From the sequence record SRR22947725_485: a stretch of DNA of 64,000 bases, one strand, 5' to 3'. A program made the position numbers and the translations under genes. The notes under the pieces were generated by a model. That model did not search any database. It worked only from the letters and a program-made list of their open reading frames with translations, and was not told the origin of the DNA. The first letter of the stretch is position 1. Each line of letters begins with the position of its first letter. This document shows positions 20,135-30,201 of the stretch, in pieces.

Positions 20135-21094
20135 ATGTTTAATGAAATAAAAAATTTCCCAGTTCAAGTATCTGATGCAATTAACGATACTAAAGATCTA
20201 TCATTAGATTTAGATAAGATTCATAGGATTATAATTATGGGTATGGGAGGATCAGCTATTGCTGGATCGATAATGAAAGATATTTCTCCTCACCTAGAAA
20301 TCATAGTTGAAAGAAATTATTTTCCAAATGCTATAATAGATGAACATACCTTATTGATTATCTCTTCTTATTCTGGAAATACAGAAGAAACTCTTTCGTA
20401 TTATAGGCATGCATCAAGTTTTACAAAAAATATCTTTGGAATAACATCTGGGGGAGAGCTCTTAAAGTCTTTAAAGAAAGATAATCATGATTTTCACATT
20501 CTTCCTCAAGGATACCCTCCAAGATCTATTCTTGGATATACCCTTGCAGTATTAATAAAACTTTTAGATGAAGATGAATTACTTGAATTGCTTAATATAG
20601 AACTTCTTCAAGAATACTCTAATAAATTTTCGTTAGAGAGTTCTGAAGTATTTACTTTAGCCAAGAAAACTCACTCTACATTTCCAGTTATTATTACAGA
20701 GGAAGATTTATCTTCTATTGGATATCGCTTAAAGTGTCAATTGAATGAGAATAGTAAAATGTTATCTTATAATGTTACTTTACCAGAGATGAATCATAAT
20801 GATATTGTAGGATGGGAAAATAAATTAATTGATAAAAGTTTCTTTTCTTTGATTTGGATTGATATTACTTGGCCTCAAAATGTTAAAAGGATGAATATTA
20901 CTAATGAGATATTAAAACACAAAACTTCTTCAAATCACCATATTCAAATTCCATCAAAACTTAAAAACGACCTTAGTGGGTTATTCTATCTATTAAATTA
21001 CCTGGATTGGTTCAGTTACTGGTGCGGACACTTAAATAATGTTGATATTGACGCAGTTGAATCAATTGATATTCTTAAAAAAGAATTAGCTTAA
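20135..21094 (+). CDS. Bifunctional phosphoglucose/phosphomannose isomerase (SIS domain)
   Basis: GMGGSAIAG, SYSGNTEET, QLNENSK, PEMNHN. Confidence 0.88.
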   Translation: MFNEIKNFPVQVSDAINDTKDLSLDLDKIHRIIIMGMGGSAIAGSIMKDISPHLEIIVERNYFPNAIIDEHTLLIISSYSGNTEETLSYYRHASSFTKNIFGITSGGELLKSLKKDNHDFHILPQGYPPRSILGYTLAVLIKLLDEDELLELLNIELLQEYSNKFSLESSEVFTLAKKTHSTFPVIITEEDLSSIGYRLKCQLNENSKMLSYNVTLPEMNHNDIVGWENKLIDKSFFSLIWIDITWPQNVKRMNITNEILKHKTSSNHHIQIPSKLKNDLSGLFYLLNYLDWFSYWCGHLNNVDIDAVESIDILKKELA

Positions 21095-22311
21095 AATTTT
21101 TTTAAAGCTAGAACAGAATTATGTCCACCAAATCCAAAAGAATTACTAATAGTGACATTTAAATCCAATTCAATGCTCTTATTTGGAACATAATTTAAAT
21201 CACATTCAGGGTCAGGAGTCTCATAATTGATAGTAGGAGGGATTATCCCATTATTTATAGCATATATACAGCTAATTGCTTCAATCGCACCTGTAGCGCC
21301 TAGCATATGACCTGTCATTGACTTCGTAGAGCTCACTGGTAAGTTTTTTGCATTATCACCAAAGACTTGTTTAATCGCTTGAGTTTCTAACATATCATTG
21401 TAATATGTCGATGTTCCATGTGCATTAATGTAGTTTACTTCATCTTTATTGATTTTTCCATCTCGTAAAGCTAAATCGATAGCACTTTTAGCGCCCTTGC
21501 TTTCATTGTGAGGTTGAGTAATATGATAAGCATCATTTGTAATTCCATAACCTATTATCTCTGCTAAAATATTAGCACCTCTTTTTTTGGCACTATCTAA
21601 TGATTCTAAAACCAACATTGCTGATCCTTCAGACATAATAAATCCATCTCTATTTTTATCAAAAGGCTTAGATGCGCTTTGTGGATTTTCATTATTTTTT
21701 GACAATGCTTTCATATTTGAAAATCCAGATAATGTTAAAGGAGTTATTCCTCCCTCTGATCCTCCACATACCATTGCATGTATTTGATTAGATTGAATTA
21801 ATCTATATGCCATTCCTACAGCATCGCTAGCAGAAGAGCAAGCAGTAGAAAGAGAAAAATTTGGTCCATTAAATCCATGTTTAATAGCAATTTGACCACC
21901 TGCAATATTTGGAATCATTTTTGGAATAAAATGAGGAGATACACCTCTTTGACCTTTATCTAATAGTTTTGTTTGTTCTTCTTCTAGGGTATGCATACCG
22001 CCTACGCCAGTACCTAAAATAACACCTATATTTGAAGATTCAATTCCAGAACTTTTAATAGCTTGATCTGCAGCTATCATAGCAAACATGGTATAACGGT
22101 CTAACTTCCTAGATTGTTTATGATCAAAAAACACTAAAGGATCAAAATCTGTAATCTCTCCAGCAATCTTAACATTAAATTGTTCAGTATCAAAATTTTG
22201 AATTAGCTTGATGCCTGATTTACCATGAATAAGGTTATTCCAAAGTTCTTTGGATGATAATCCTAGAGGAGAAATACTACCTTCTCCAGTAATAACAACT
22301 CTATTTGACAA
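21091..22311 (-). CDS. fabF: 3-oxoacyl-ACP synthase II
   Basis: TACSS, NAHGTST, KSMTGHMLGA, NSFGFGGHN. Confidence 0.95.
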   Translation of the reverse strand: MSNRVVITGEGSISPLGLSSKELWNNLIHGKSGIKLIQNFDTEQFNVKIAGEITDFDPLVFFDHKQSRKLDRYTMFAMIAADQAIKSSGIESSNIGVILGTGVGGMHTLEEEQTKLLDKGQRGVSPHFIPKMIPNIAGGQIAIKHGFNGPNFSLSTACSSASDAVGMAYRLIQSNQIHAMVCGGSEGGITPLTLSGFSNMKALSKNNENPQSASKPFDKNRDGFIMSEGSAMLVLESLDSAKKRGANILAEIIGYGITNDAYHITQPHNESKGAKSAIDLALRDGKINKDEVNYINAHGTSTYYNDMLETQAIKQVFGDNAKNLPVSSTKSMTGHMLGATGAIEAISCIYAINNGIIPPTINYETPDPECDLNYVPNKSIELDLNVTISNSFGFGGHNSVLALKKF

Positions 22312-22313
22312 GA

Positions 22314-22547
22314 TTATTTAGCGTGATTGTTAATGTATTCAAATGCAGCACCTACTGTGGTGATTTTTTCTGCATCTTCATCTGGAATTTCTAGATCAAA
22401 CTCCTCTTCAAATTCCATAATCAATTCTACGGTATCTAATGAATCTGCACCCAAATCATCAAGGAAGCTTGCTTCAGCTACAACTCTTGATTCATCAACA
22501 CCTAATTTATCTATAATAATATTTTTTACTTTATCGTTCGATGACAT
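22314..22547 (-). CDS. acpP: Acyl carrier protein
   Basis: [20 protein letters not shown]. Confidence 0.97.
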   Translation of the reverse strand: MSSNDKVKNIIIDKLGVDESRVVAEASFLDDLGADSLDTVELIMEFEEEFDLEIPDEDAEKITTVGAAFEYINNHAK

Positions 22548-22562
22548 AGTTCATACTCCTAT

Positions 22563-23294
22563 CTAGTTTAATGATATTCCACCATCAATATAAAATGTTT
22601 GTCCAGTAATATAACTGGCTTCATCGGAAGATAAAAACAAAATCATTTTACCAATATCTTCTGGTTTTCCAAATTTTTTCAATGGTATTCTATCTAAGTA
22701 ATTCTTTTTTACAGTATCAGTTAAATGTGCAATCATGTCCGTTTCAATTACACCTGGAGCAATACAGTTAACCGTAATATTTCTTCGACCTACTTCTTTG
22801 GCAAGTGACTTTGTAAATGCAAGTAAACCTCCCTTAGATGCAGAATAATTACTTTGTCCTTTATTTCCATCGGTACCTGAAATAGAGGAAATATTGATAA
22901 TTCTTCCACTTTTGCTTTTAATCATGTCTTTTAATAAGATTCTTGTTAAATAAAATGGCCCATTCAAATTAACGTCTAAAACTTTTTGCCATTCACCTGT
23001 TTTCATTCTTAATAAAATATTGTCCATATGGATTCCAGCATTGTTTACTAAAATATCAATTGAATCGAAGTGTTCTTTTGAAAAATTATATAACTGTTCT
23101 ACAGATTTTTCATTTGATATATCGCAACAAAAAGGAATGATATTATCGATATTCTGAATTGATTTAAGAGATTCTTCTGACGTTGCTACGCCAATAACTT
23201 TTATGCCATTAGCTGCAAGCATCATTGAAATTGTTTTTCCAATACCTCTTGATGCTCCTGTAACTAATGCTGTTTTACTTGAATGATTAAACAT
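22563..23294 (-). CDS. fabG: 3-oxoacyl-ACP reductase
   Basis: TGASRGIG, NNAG, YSASK; fab cluster context. Confidence 0.93.
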   Translation of the reverse strand: MFNHSSKTALVTGASRGIGKTISMMLAANGIKVIGVATSEESLKSIQNIDNIIPFCCDISNEKSVEQLYNFSKEHFDSIDILVNNAGIHMDNILLRMKTGEWQKVLDVNLNGPFYLTRILLKDMIKSKSGRIINISSISGTDGNKGQSNYSASKGGLLAFTKSLAKEVGRRNITVNCIAPGVIETDMIAHLTDTVKKNYLDRIPLKKFGKPEDIGKMILFLSSDEASYITGQTFYIDGGISLN

Positions 23295-24195
23295 CTAAAT
23301 ATTCCTCTACATCATTATAGCTATTAAAACTAGAAATATGAAACAATTCATCTATTTTTTTGATTATTCCTGATAATACTTTTTTAGGTCCTATCTCTAT
23401 AAAATTATTATTTATTTTACCTAATGTTTTAACACTATCGAGCCATAAAACAGGATTGTCAATTTGTTCTGTCAAAGCTTTTTTAATTTCATCTGGATTT
23501 GATCGTAATGTTGAATCGTAATTTGATACAATAGGAATACTTGGCTCGTTAAATTTTGCATCTGAAATAATTTTTTTTAGTTCAGGCTTTGCATCTGACA
23601 TTAGTTTTGAATGAAATGCACCGCTGACAGGAAGGGCAATAATACGTTTTGCTCCATTAGTTTTTAATTTTTCAGATATAGATTGAATAGATTCTGCTGT
23701 TCCTGAAATAACAACTTGTTGATCTGAATTAATATTAGCTATTTGAGTATCTGTTCCTTCACAAATATCTATAATTTTATCTTTACTCATTCCTATTACA
23801 GCACTCATTTTTCCTTCATTATTTTTTTCACATCTATGCATTGCTTTAGCGCGAATATCTACAATTCTAAGGCCTGTTTCAAATGTATAGGTGTTATTGG
23901 CATATAAAGCAGAAAACTCACCAAGACTATGTCCTGCGACTGCCGTAGGTGAATGATTAGTATTTTTAATAATATCAAAAATAATACAAGAATAAATATA
24001 GATTGCTACCTGGGCATAATTAGTCTGTCTGAGAGTAGCTTCATTATCATCAAACATAATATCAGATATATCATATCCAAGAATTTGATTAGATAAATGA
24101 ATTTTATCTTTGGCAATTGTAGAGTGTTGATAAAGTTTTAATCCCATTCCAGGACGATGAGAACCTTGTCCTGAAAAAATAAAGCAATCACTCAT
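23287..24195 (-). CDS. fabD: Malonyl-CoA:ACP transacylase
   Basis: GQGS, GHSLGE, VSGAFHS. Confidence 0.95.
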   Translation of the reverse strand: MSDCFIFSGQGSHRPGMGLKLYQHSTIAKDKIHLSNQILGYDISDIMFDDNEATLRQTNYAQVAIYIYSCIIFDIIKNTNHSPTAVAGHSLGEFSALYANNTYTFETGLRIVDIRAKAMHRCEKNNEGKMSAVIGMSKDKIIDICEGTDTQIANINSDQQVVISGTAESIQSISEKLKTNGAKRIIALPVSGAFHSKLMSDAKPELKKIISDAKFNEPSIPIVSNYDSTLRSNPDEIKKALTEQIDNPVLWLDSVKTLGKINNNFIEIGPKKVLSGIIKKIDELFHISSFNSYNDVEEYLDV

Positions 24196-24371
24196 TAGTT
24201 TTGATCGACTGGTTTTCCTTTATGATACAGGATTCCATCATGATAGTACGCATGATGCGGTAGATGCTCTTCTCCAGTGTTTTTACAGGTAACTGTATGC
24301 ACTAGGGAAGAAGTATAATGAGTTCTTCTCTTTTTTGATCTTGTTTTAGACTGTCTTTTTTTAGGTAACAT
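24195..24371 (-). CDS. rpmF: 50S ribosomal protein L32 (58 aa; absent from the ORF track)
   Basis: Hand translation MLPKKRQSKTRSKKRRTHYTSSLVHTVTCKNTGEEHLPHHAYYHDGILYHKGKPVDQN; stop overlaps fabD ATG. Confidence 0.9.
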   Translation of the reverse strand: MLPKKRQSKTRSKKRRTHYTSSLVHTVTCKNTGEEHLPHHAYYHDGILYHKGKPVDQN

Positions 24372-24428
24372 TTTCTTTCCTTAACTAGGGTCAATATAAA
24401 CAAATAAATCTTTGAAATAAAATAATTT

Positions 24429-24827
24429 TTATAATTCTATTTTATCTACCCAGCAATCATATCCTAGCTCATTTTTAATATCTTTTGCCGTCATAGAAGC
24501 ATCTTCTTTAGATAAAAAACTTCCATATCTAACGCGATACTTTAATTTTTCATTGGAATCATTTTTTTGTATAAAAGCTTCTAAATTATAATTATTCAAT
24601 ATTTTTACAACTTCTTCTGCATCCGCAAAAGTAGCTTTAGCTGCTACTTGTATGGTGAAGTAAGTATTTTTTTGTTGTTCTAATGGTTGATTTGGTACTT
24701 CAGCAGTATTTACTACTACTATCTCTGGTATACTTTTTTCTAAAGTAGTATTTAGCCATTCATCATTTAATTCTTGAGAAAAGAGAGTAGAAGATAAACC
24801 AATTATTAATAAAGAATATTTAATCAT
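24429..24827 (-). CDS. Secreted SPOR domain protein
   Basis: Signal peptide from ATG 24827 (MIKYSLL); FTIQVAA..., YRVRYGSF.SKEDA. Confidence 0.8.
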   Translation of the reverse strand: MIKYSLLIIGLSSTLFSQELNDEWLNTTLEKSIPEIVVVNTAEVPNQPLEQQKNTYFTIQVAAKATFADAEEVVKILNNYNLEAFIQKNDSNEKLKYRVRYGSFLSKEDASMTAKDIKNELGYDCWVDKIEL

Positions 24828-25221
24828 TGAAAAAGAATTCAATCTCTTTATGTGCATTGTCGTTACTATCTGATCCATGAGTAGCATTCATAGAAATGTC
24901 AGTACCATATTTTTGCCTAATAGTACCAGTATCAGCTTTCTGAGAATCTGTTGCGCCCATTAGATTTCTCCATTCGACTACAGCATCTTCTTTTTCTAGT
25001 TTCATCACATGACATTCATAGGAAGTCATAAACTCAACAAGTTCATCAAAGAAAGGCTTATCTTGATGAATGTCATAAAAAGAACAAGCTTGTTCATTTG
25101 AAAGATTTAAAGTTTTTTCTTCTACGATATCAAATCCATTATCTAAGATATCTTTTCTAATATCTTCAAGATGACCTTTTCTCATCGCATCTGGTTTAAT
25201 AATTGCAAGTGTATTTTTCAT
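24820..25221 (-). CDS. ndk: Nucleoside diphosphate kinase
   Basis: IIKPDA, GTIR, NATHGSDS. Confidence 0.95.
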   Translation of the reverse strand: MKNTLAIIKPDAMRKGHLEDIRKDILDNGFDIVEEKTLNLSNEQACSFYDIHQDKPFFDELVEFMTSYECHVMKLEKEDAVVEWRNLMGATDSQKADTGTIRQKYGTDISMNATHGSDSNDNAHKEIEFFFND

Positions 25222-25225
25222 ATTT

Positions 25226-26101
25226 TTATCCTATTAATGTTTTCATTGTAATGCCAATTTCAGATACAGTATTTGCTACTGAAATTCCACATTCTTTAAG
25301 TATTTTAATTTTAGCTTCAGCTGTTTCAGATCCTTCTGATATTATTGCTCCAGCATGACCCATTCTTTTACCTTTTGGTGCGGTTTGTCCTGCTATAAAG
25401 GAAACTACAGGTTTATTTAAATTGTCTTTCACCCACCTAGCAGCATCATTTTCCATATTTCCACCTATTTCACCAATCATAACAATCCCTTTTGTGTCAT
25501 CATCATTTTCGAAATGTTTTAATATATCTATCATACTTGATCCTATAACGGGATCTCCTCCGATACCAACCGCAGTTGTAATGCCTAACCCAACATTGAC
25601 TACTTGATCTATAGCCTCATAGGTCAATGTTCCAGATCTTGAGAGTATACCCACAGATCCTTTTTTACATATAAATCCTGGTGTAATACCAATCTTTGAT
25701 TCCTCTGCTGTTATTAATCCAGGACAATTTGGTCCTATTAAAGTACTAGAAGATTTATCTAGCATATTCTTCACTGTAACCATATCTCTAGCAGGAATCC
25801 CTTCAGATATACATACTATTAATTGAACACTTGCTTCAATAGCCTCTATTATTGCTTTTGCTGCAAACCTTGGAGGTACAAAAATAACAGTAGCATCAAT
25901 TTGAAATTCTTTTTTTGCTTCATTAATCGAGTTGAATACAGGCAGTTTGTTTATTGTTGCAGTATGGCCACCTTTTCCCGGAGTGACACCACAGACAACT
26001 TTTGAGCCATATTCCATCATTTGTTCTGCATGAAATGATCCTTCAGATCCAGTAATTCCTTGAACTAGTATATTTGTATTCTTATTTAATAGAATTGACA
26101 T
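25226..26101 (-). CDS. sucD: Succinyl-CoA synthetase alpha subunit
   Basis: QGITG, GPNCPG, SRSGTLTYE, RMGHAGA. Confidence 0.96.
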   Translation of the reverse strand: MSILLNKNTNILVQGITGSEGSFHAEQMMEYGSKVVCGVTPGKGGHTATINKLPVFNSINEAKKEFQIDATVIFVPPRFAAKAIIEAIEASVQLIVCISEGIPARDMVTVKNMLDKSSSTLIGPNCPGLITAEESKIGITPGFICKKGSVGILSRSGTLTYEAIDQVVNVGLGITTAVGIGGDPVIGSSMIDILKHFENDDDTKGIVMIGEIGGNMENDAARWVKDNLNKPVVSFIAGQTAPKGKRMGHAGAIISEGSETAEAKIKILKECGISVANTVSEIGITMKTLIG

Positions 26102-26102
26102 A

Positions 26103-27269
26103 TTATTTTATCATCTCCACAGCTTTTGTTGCAGCTTCATTAATAGTTTCTGCGCTGATTAATTCAATATCTGATTCATCGAGAATTTTTTTAGCTAATT
26201 TTGCATTAGTGCCTTGCAATCTTACAACCACTACAACATCCAGATCTAGTTCTTTTACAGCTTGTATTACGCCGTTAGCCACTCTATCACATCGAACAAT
26301 TCCACCAAATATATTGATTAAAATGGACTTCACATTTTTATCAGACAAAATAATTTTAAAACCATTTTTAATAGTTTCTACATTAGCAGCTCCTCCTACA
26401 TCTAAGAAATTAGCAGGTTCACCTCCACAATGTTTCACTATATCCATTGTAGCCATTGCTAATCCCGCTCCATTTACCATGCATCCTACATTACCATCTA
26501 GTTTGATATAATTTAATCCATATTCAGCAGCTTTCAGTTCTAGTGGGTCTTCTTCTGATTTATCATGATAAGCGGCAATTTCAGGATGTCTAAAAAGAGC
26601 ATTTGAATCAATATCTACTTTTGCATCTAAAGCTATAATCTGATTACTAGTCGTTGATACTAAAGGATTTATTTCTAGAAGGGAGCAATCTGATTCAATG
26701 TAACATTTGTATAGGTCTTTGAACATTTGTTCTACATTTTCAAACTTTTGAAGTGATAGAGATAGGATAATCTTTTTTACTGCATTTTCTAGAGCATTAG
26801 GAGAGTCGTCAATCCAAGCTTTAATAATCTGATCAGGATTATTTTCTGCTACTTCTTCAATATCCACACCACCTTCACTTGAGACTATAAACACGTCAGA
26901 ATTTTTAGATCTATCGAAGGTAATAGCAAAATAATATTCTTTTTCAATATCTAAGGCTTCAGTAATAAGGATTTTATTGACCATTTTTCCTTCAGGACCT
27001 GTTTGATGAGTAATCAGGTTCATCCCTAAAATTGTATTAGCAGCGCCTTGAGCATCTTTAAAAGTAGGGCAGTACTTAACTCCACCACCTTTTCCTCGAC
27101 CTCCAGCATGAATTTGAGCTTTGACAATTACAGCTTCACAGTTAAAATCAGATTGTACTTTTTTAATAGTACTATCAATATCTCCACTATTTTCAATGGC
27201 ATAACCTTCCTGAATAGGAATATTAAACTTTTTAAGGATTTCTTTGGCTTGGTATTCGTGAATTTTCAT
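26103..27269 (-). CDS. sucC: Succinyl-CoA synthetase beta subunit
   Basis: MKIHEYQAK, GGRGKGGGV, NGAGLAMATMD, GGIVRCD. Confidence 0.96.
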   Translation of the reverse strand: MKIHEYQAKEILKKFNIPIQEGYAIENSGDIDSTIKKVQSDFNCEAVIVKAQIHAGGRGKGGGVKYCPTFKDAQGAANTILGMNLITHQTGPEGKMVNKILITEALDIEKEYYFAITFDRSKNSDVFIVSSEGGVDIEEVAENNPDQIIKAWIDDSPNALENAVKKIILSLSLQKFENVEQMFKDLYKCYIESDCSLLEINPLVSTTSNQIIALDAKVDIDSNALFRHPEIAAYHDKSEEDPLELKAAEYGLNYIKLDGNVGCMVNGAGLAMATMDIVKHCGGEPANFLDVGGAANVETIKNGFKIILSDKNVKSILINIFGGIVRCDRVANGVIQAVKELDLDVVVVVRLQGTNAKLAKKILDESDIELISAETINEAATKAVEMIK

Positions 27270-27270
27270 A

Positions 27271-28887
27271 TTAATCCATATAAGGGTAACGATAGTCCTT
27301 AGGTGGTTCGAAAGTTTCTTTAATGGTTCTGGGTGAGGTCCATCTTAGCAGATTAAGCATAGAACCGCCCTTATCATTTGTTCCAGAAGCTCTACTCCCT
27401 CCAAATGGTTGTTGACCTACAACAGCACCAGTTGGTTTGTCGTTAATATAAAAATTACCTGCTGAGAATCTTAATGTAGAGCGTACTTCTTCTACAATAT
27501 CTCTATCTTCAGAGAAAACACATCCAGTTAATGCATAAGGTGATGTTGAATCAATTAACGTTAAAGTCTCTGACCATTGAGATGTATCATATACATAAAT
27601 AGTTAATACAGGACCAAATATTTCTTCTTCCAATGTTTTAAAATGTGGATCGGTAGTTACTATTACAGTTGGTTGAACAAAATAGCCTTTTGATTTATCA
27701 TATGTACCGCCACACAAAACTTCACAGTCATTTGATTCATGTGCATAGTCTATGTAGGAAGATATTTTATCAAACGCAGTTTCATCAATAACTGCATTTA
27801 CAAAGTTTTTAAAATCTTCAGGAGGTCCAACTTCTATTGTGTCAATTTGCGCTACTAGTTTTTCTTTAATAACATCCCATTTAGTAGAAGGGAGGTAGGC
27901 TCTAGACATAGCAGAGCACTTTTGTCCTTGATATTCAAATGCTCCTCTTACCATAGCAGTTACAAGGCCATCAATATTAGCAGATTCATGAGCGATACAG
28001 AAGTCTTTACCTCCAGTTTCGCCAACGACTTTAGGATAGCTTTTATATGTATCTAAATTATTAGATACACCTTTCCATAAATGCTTAAATGTTTTAGTTG
28101 ATCCAGTAAAGTGTACTCCAGCTAAGTCTCTATGAGCAAGTACTTGATCACCAATTTTAGGACCATCGCCTGGAATAAAATTAATTACTCCATCAGGAAG
28201 TCCTGCTTCTTTATATAGCTCCATAATAATATGAGATGAATAAACAGCGCTTGGTGCTGGTTTCCATAATACTGTATTACCTACAATAGCAGGAGCGATA
28301 GCTAAATTTCCTCCAATGCTAAAGAAGTTGAATGGAGCAATAGCGAAAACAAATCCTTCGAGAGGTCTGAATTCTAAAGCATTGTGCATTCCTTCCGGAG
28401 AAATGGGGGTAAATGTATCTTCCATTTTGTAAGCAAACTCAATGCTAAAATTTAAAAAGTCTATAAGTTCGCATGATGCATCAACCTCAGCTTGGAAAAC
28501 GCTTTTTCCAATATCAAGCATTGCTGCAGCATTAATTTTATATCTATATGGGCCATCAATTAAATCAGCAACTTTTTTAAAGATTGAAGCTCTATATTCG
28601 AGAGAAGTATTTGACCAAGTTTTCCATGCTTCTAGAGAAGAATCTATGGCCATTTGAATCTCTTTCTCTCCAGCTTCATGATATGTTCCTAAAATATGTT
28701 GATGATCATGGGGTTTTGTGCATTTTTGAATATTGCCTGTAAAATATTCTTTACCATGAATAATTACTGGAACTTCTTTCTGTCTATTGGATTGTCTTTC
28801 AATCTCTTTTAATAATTCTTCTCTATGCTTTGAGCCGGGTTCAAAATCTAGTATTGGTGCATTTACTGCTTTAAAATTTTTGTCCAT
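27271..28887 (-). CDS. pruA: L-glutamate gamma-semialdehyde (P5C) dehydrogenase
   Basis: PLEGFV, GETGGKD, YQGQKCSA, NDKPTGAVVGQQPFGG. Confidence 0.92.
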   Translation of the reverse strand: MDKNFKAVNAPILDFEPGSKHREELLKEIERQSNRQKEVPVIIHGKEYFTGNIQKCTKPHDHQHILGTYHEAGEKEIQMAIDSSLEAWKTWSNTSLEYRASIFKKVADLIDGPYRYKINAAAMLDIGKSVFQAEVDASCELIDFLNFSIEFAYKMEDTFTPISPEGMHNALEFRPLEGFVFAIAPFNFFSIGGNLAIAPAIVGNTVLWKPAPSAVYSSHIIMELYKEAGLPDGVINFIPGDGPKIGDQVLAHRDLAGVHFTGSTKTFKHLWKGVSNNLDTYKSYPKVVGETGGKDFCIAHESANIDGLVTAMVRGAFEYQGQKCSAMSRAYLPSTKWDVIKEKLVAQIDTIEVGPPEDFKNFVNAVIDETAFDKISSYIDYAHESNDCEVLCGGTYDKSKGYFVQPTVIVTTDPHFKTLEEEIFGPVLTIYVYDTSQWSETLTLIDSTSPYALTGCVFSEDRDIVEEVRSTLRFSAGNFYINDKPTGAVVGQQPFGGSRASGTNDKGGSMLNLLRWTSPRTIKETFEPPKDYRYPYMD

Positions 28888-28904
28888 AAATTTTCCTTTT
28901 GTTT

Positions 28905-29885
28905 TTAGTGCCTAATATTAGATAAAATATCTTTCATTTCAGAATAATTCTTTACTAAAACTAATTTTTTTCGCAATCCAGAAGCATGCTTAAAGCCCTT
29001 GAAGTACCAACCAAAGTGTTTTCTCATATTATTTGTTCCAACTACTTCTCCATGTGTTTGAACAAGTAGCTCAAGATGTTTATTACAAACATCCAATCTT
29101 TCATTCAAGCTTATCTCATTAAAATCCTCATTTTTCATATACTTTTTAATCTGGGTAAAAAACCAAGGATTGCCAAGTGCAGCTCTTCCAATCATAATTC
29201 CATCACACTTTGTTAATGAGAACATTTTTTCAATATCTTCAATTGTTTGTATATCACCATTACCTATTACGGGAATCTTCACATTTTCTTTTAATTCTTT
29301 AATAAGGGACCAATCAGCTTTTCCTCTATACATTTGAACAGTTGTTCTTGGATGTAATGTGATAGCTTTAATACCAATTTTTTCTAGTTTTATACCTGCA
29401 TCTGTACTTACAATATTTTCTGAATTCCATCCTGCTCTCATTTTAACAGTCACAGGAACTTCCTTAACAGACTCAACAACTGCAGCAGTTATATCTTCCA
29501 TTAGACATAAATCTTTTAAAGCTGCAGATCCAGCACCTTTTTTAGTTACTTTTGGAACAGGACAGCCATAGTTGATATCAATAAGGTCCGGTTTAAACTG
29601 TTCATATACTAAGCGAGCTGCTTTTTCCATGACCTCAGGAGTATCTCCAAATATTTGAATACCAATTGGCCTTTCAAAGTTTGAGAATTCAATCATTTTT
29701 AAGGTCTTTTCATTTTTTCTTATAATGCCATGCGCTGATACAAATTCAGAATAGACAATACCTGCACCAAATTCTTTAGCAATTACTCTGTATGCATAGT
29801 CAGTAACTCCTGCCATAGGAGCTAGAAAAAAAGGAAAGTCTAATGTTAAAGATCCAATCTCTATTTTTTTATTTAAATCAATCAT
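28905..29885 (-). CDS. dusB: tRNA-dihydrouridine synthase B
   Basis: LAPMAGVTD, INYGCPVPKV, GNGDI, MIGRA; ATG 29885 preferred over TTG 29909. Confidence 0.9.
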   Translation of the reverse strand: MIDLNKKIEIGSLTLDFPFFLAPMAGVTDYAYRVIAKEFGAGIVYSEFVSAHGIIRKNEKTLKMIEFSNFERPIGIQIFGDTPEVMEKAARLVYEQFKPDLIDINYGCPVPKVTKKGAGSAALKDLCLMEDITAAVVESVKEVPVTVKMRAGWNSENIVSTDAGIKLEKIGIKAITLHPRTTVQMYRGKADWSLIKELKENVKIPVIGNGDIQTIEDIEKMFSLTKCDGIMIGRAALGNPWFFTQIKKYMKNEDFNEISLNERLDVCNKHLELLVQTHGEVVGTNNMRKHFGWYFKGFKHASGLRKKLVLVKNYSEMKDILSNIRH

Positions 29886-29964
29886 ATTCTTTTTGTTTGT
29901 TCGGTTCAATTATTGGTTTAAATTTGCCGGAGTTTAATTAAACTTAAACATAAAAGGTTAAAAA

Positions 29965-30201
29965 ATGTCAAGAGTTTGTGAAGTAACAGGTAAAAAAGTA
30001 ATGTATGGCAACAACGTAAGTCATGCTAATAACAAAACTAGAAGAAGATTCGATGTAAATCTACAGAAAAAAACTTTTTGGGTAGATAGTCTGAAAAAAT
30101 CTGTTACACTTAAAGTTTCTGCAAAAGGTCTTAAAATTATTGATAAAAAAGGTATTGATTCGGTAATTAGAGAGATGGCTGCTAACGGAAGAAAATTTTA
30201 A
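29965..30201 (+). CDS. rpmB: 50S ribosomal protein L28
   Basis: [25 protein letters not shown]. Confidence 0.97.
   Translation: MSRVCEVTGKKVMYGNNVSHANNKTRRRFDVNLQKKTFWVDSLKKSVTLKVSAKGLKIIDKKGIDSVIREMAANGRKF

Noticed and set aside
24196-24428. Apparent non-coding gap upstream of fabD
   Set aside because: Contains rpmF, which is below the ORF-track length cutoff
26074-26511. 145-aa antisense ORF over sucC, and the many other 60-130 aa antisense ORFs
   Set aside because: They lie opposite conserved genes and show the Ile/Ser/Pro/Phe-rich composition typical of antisense shadows
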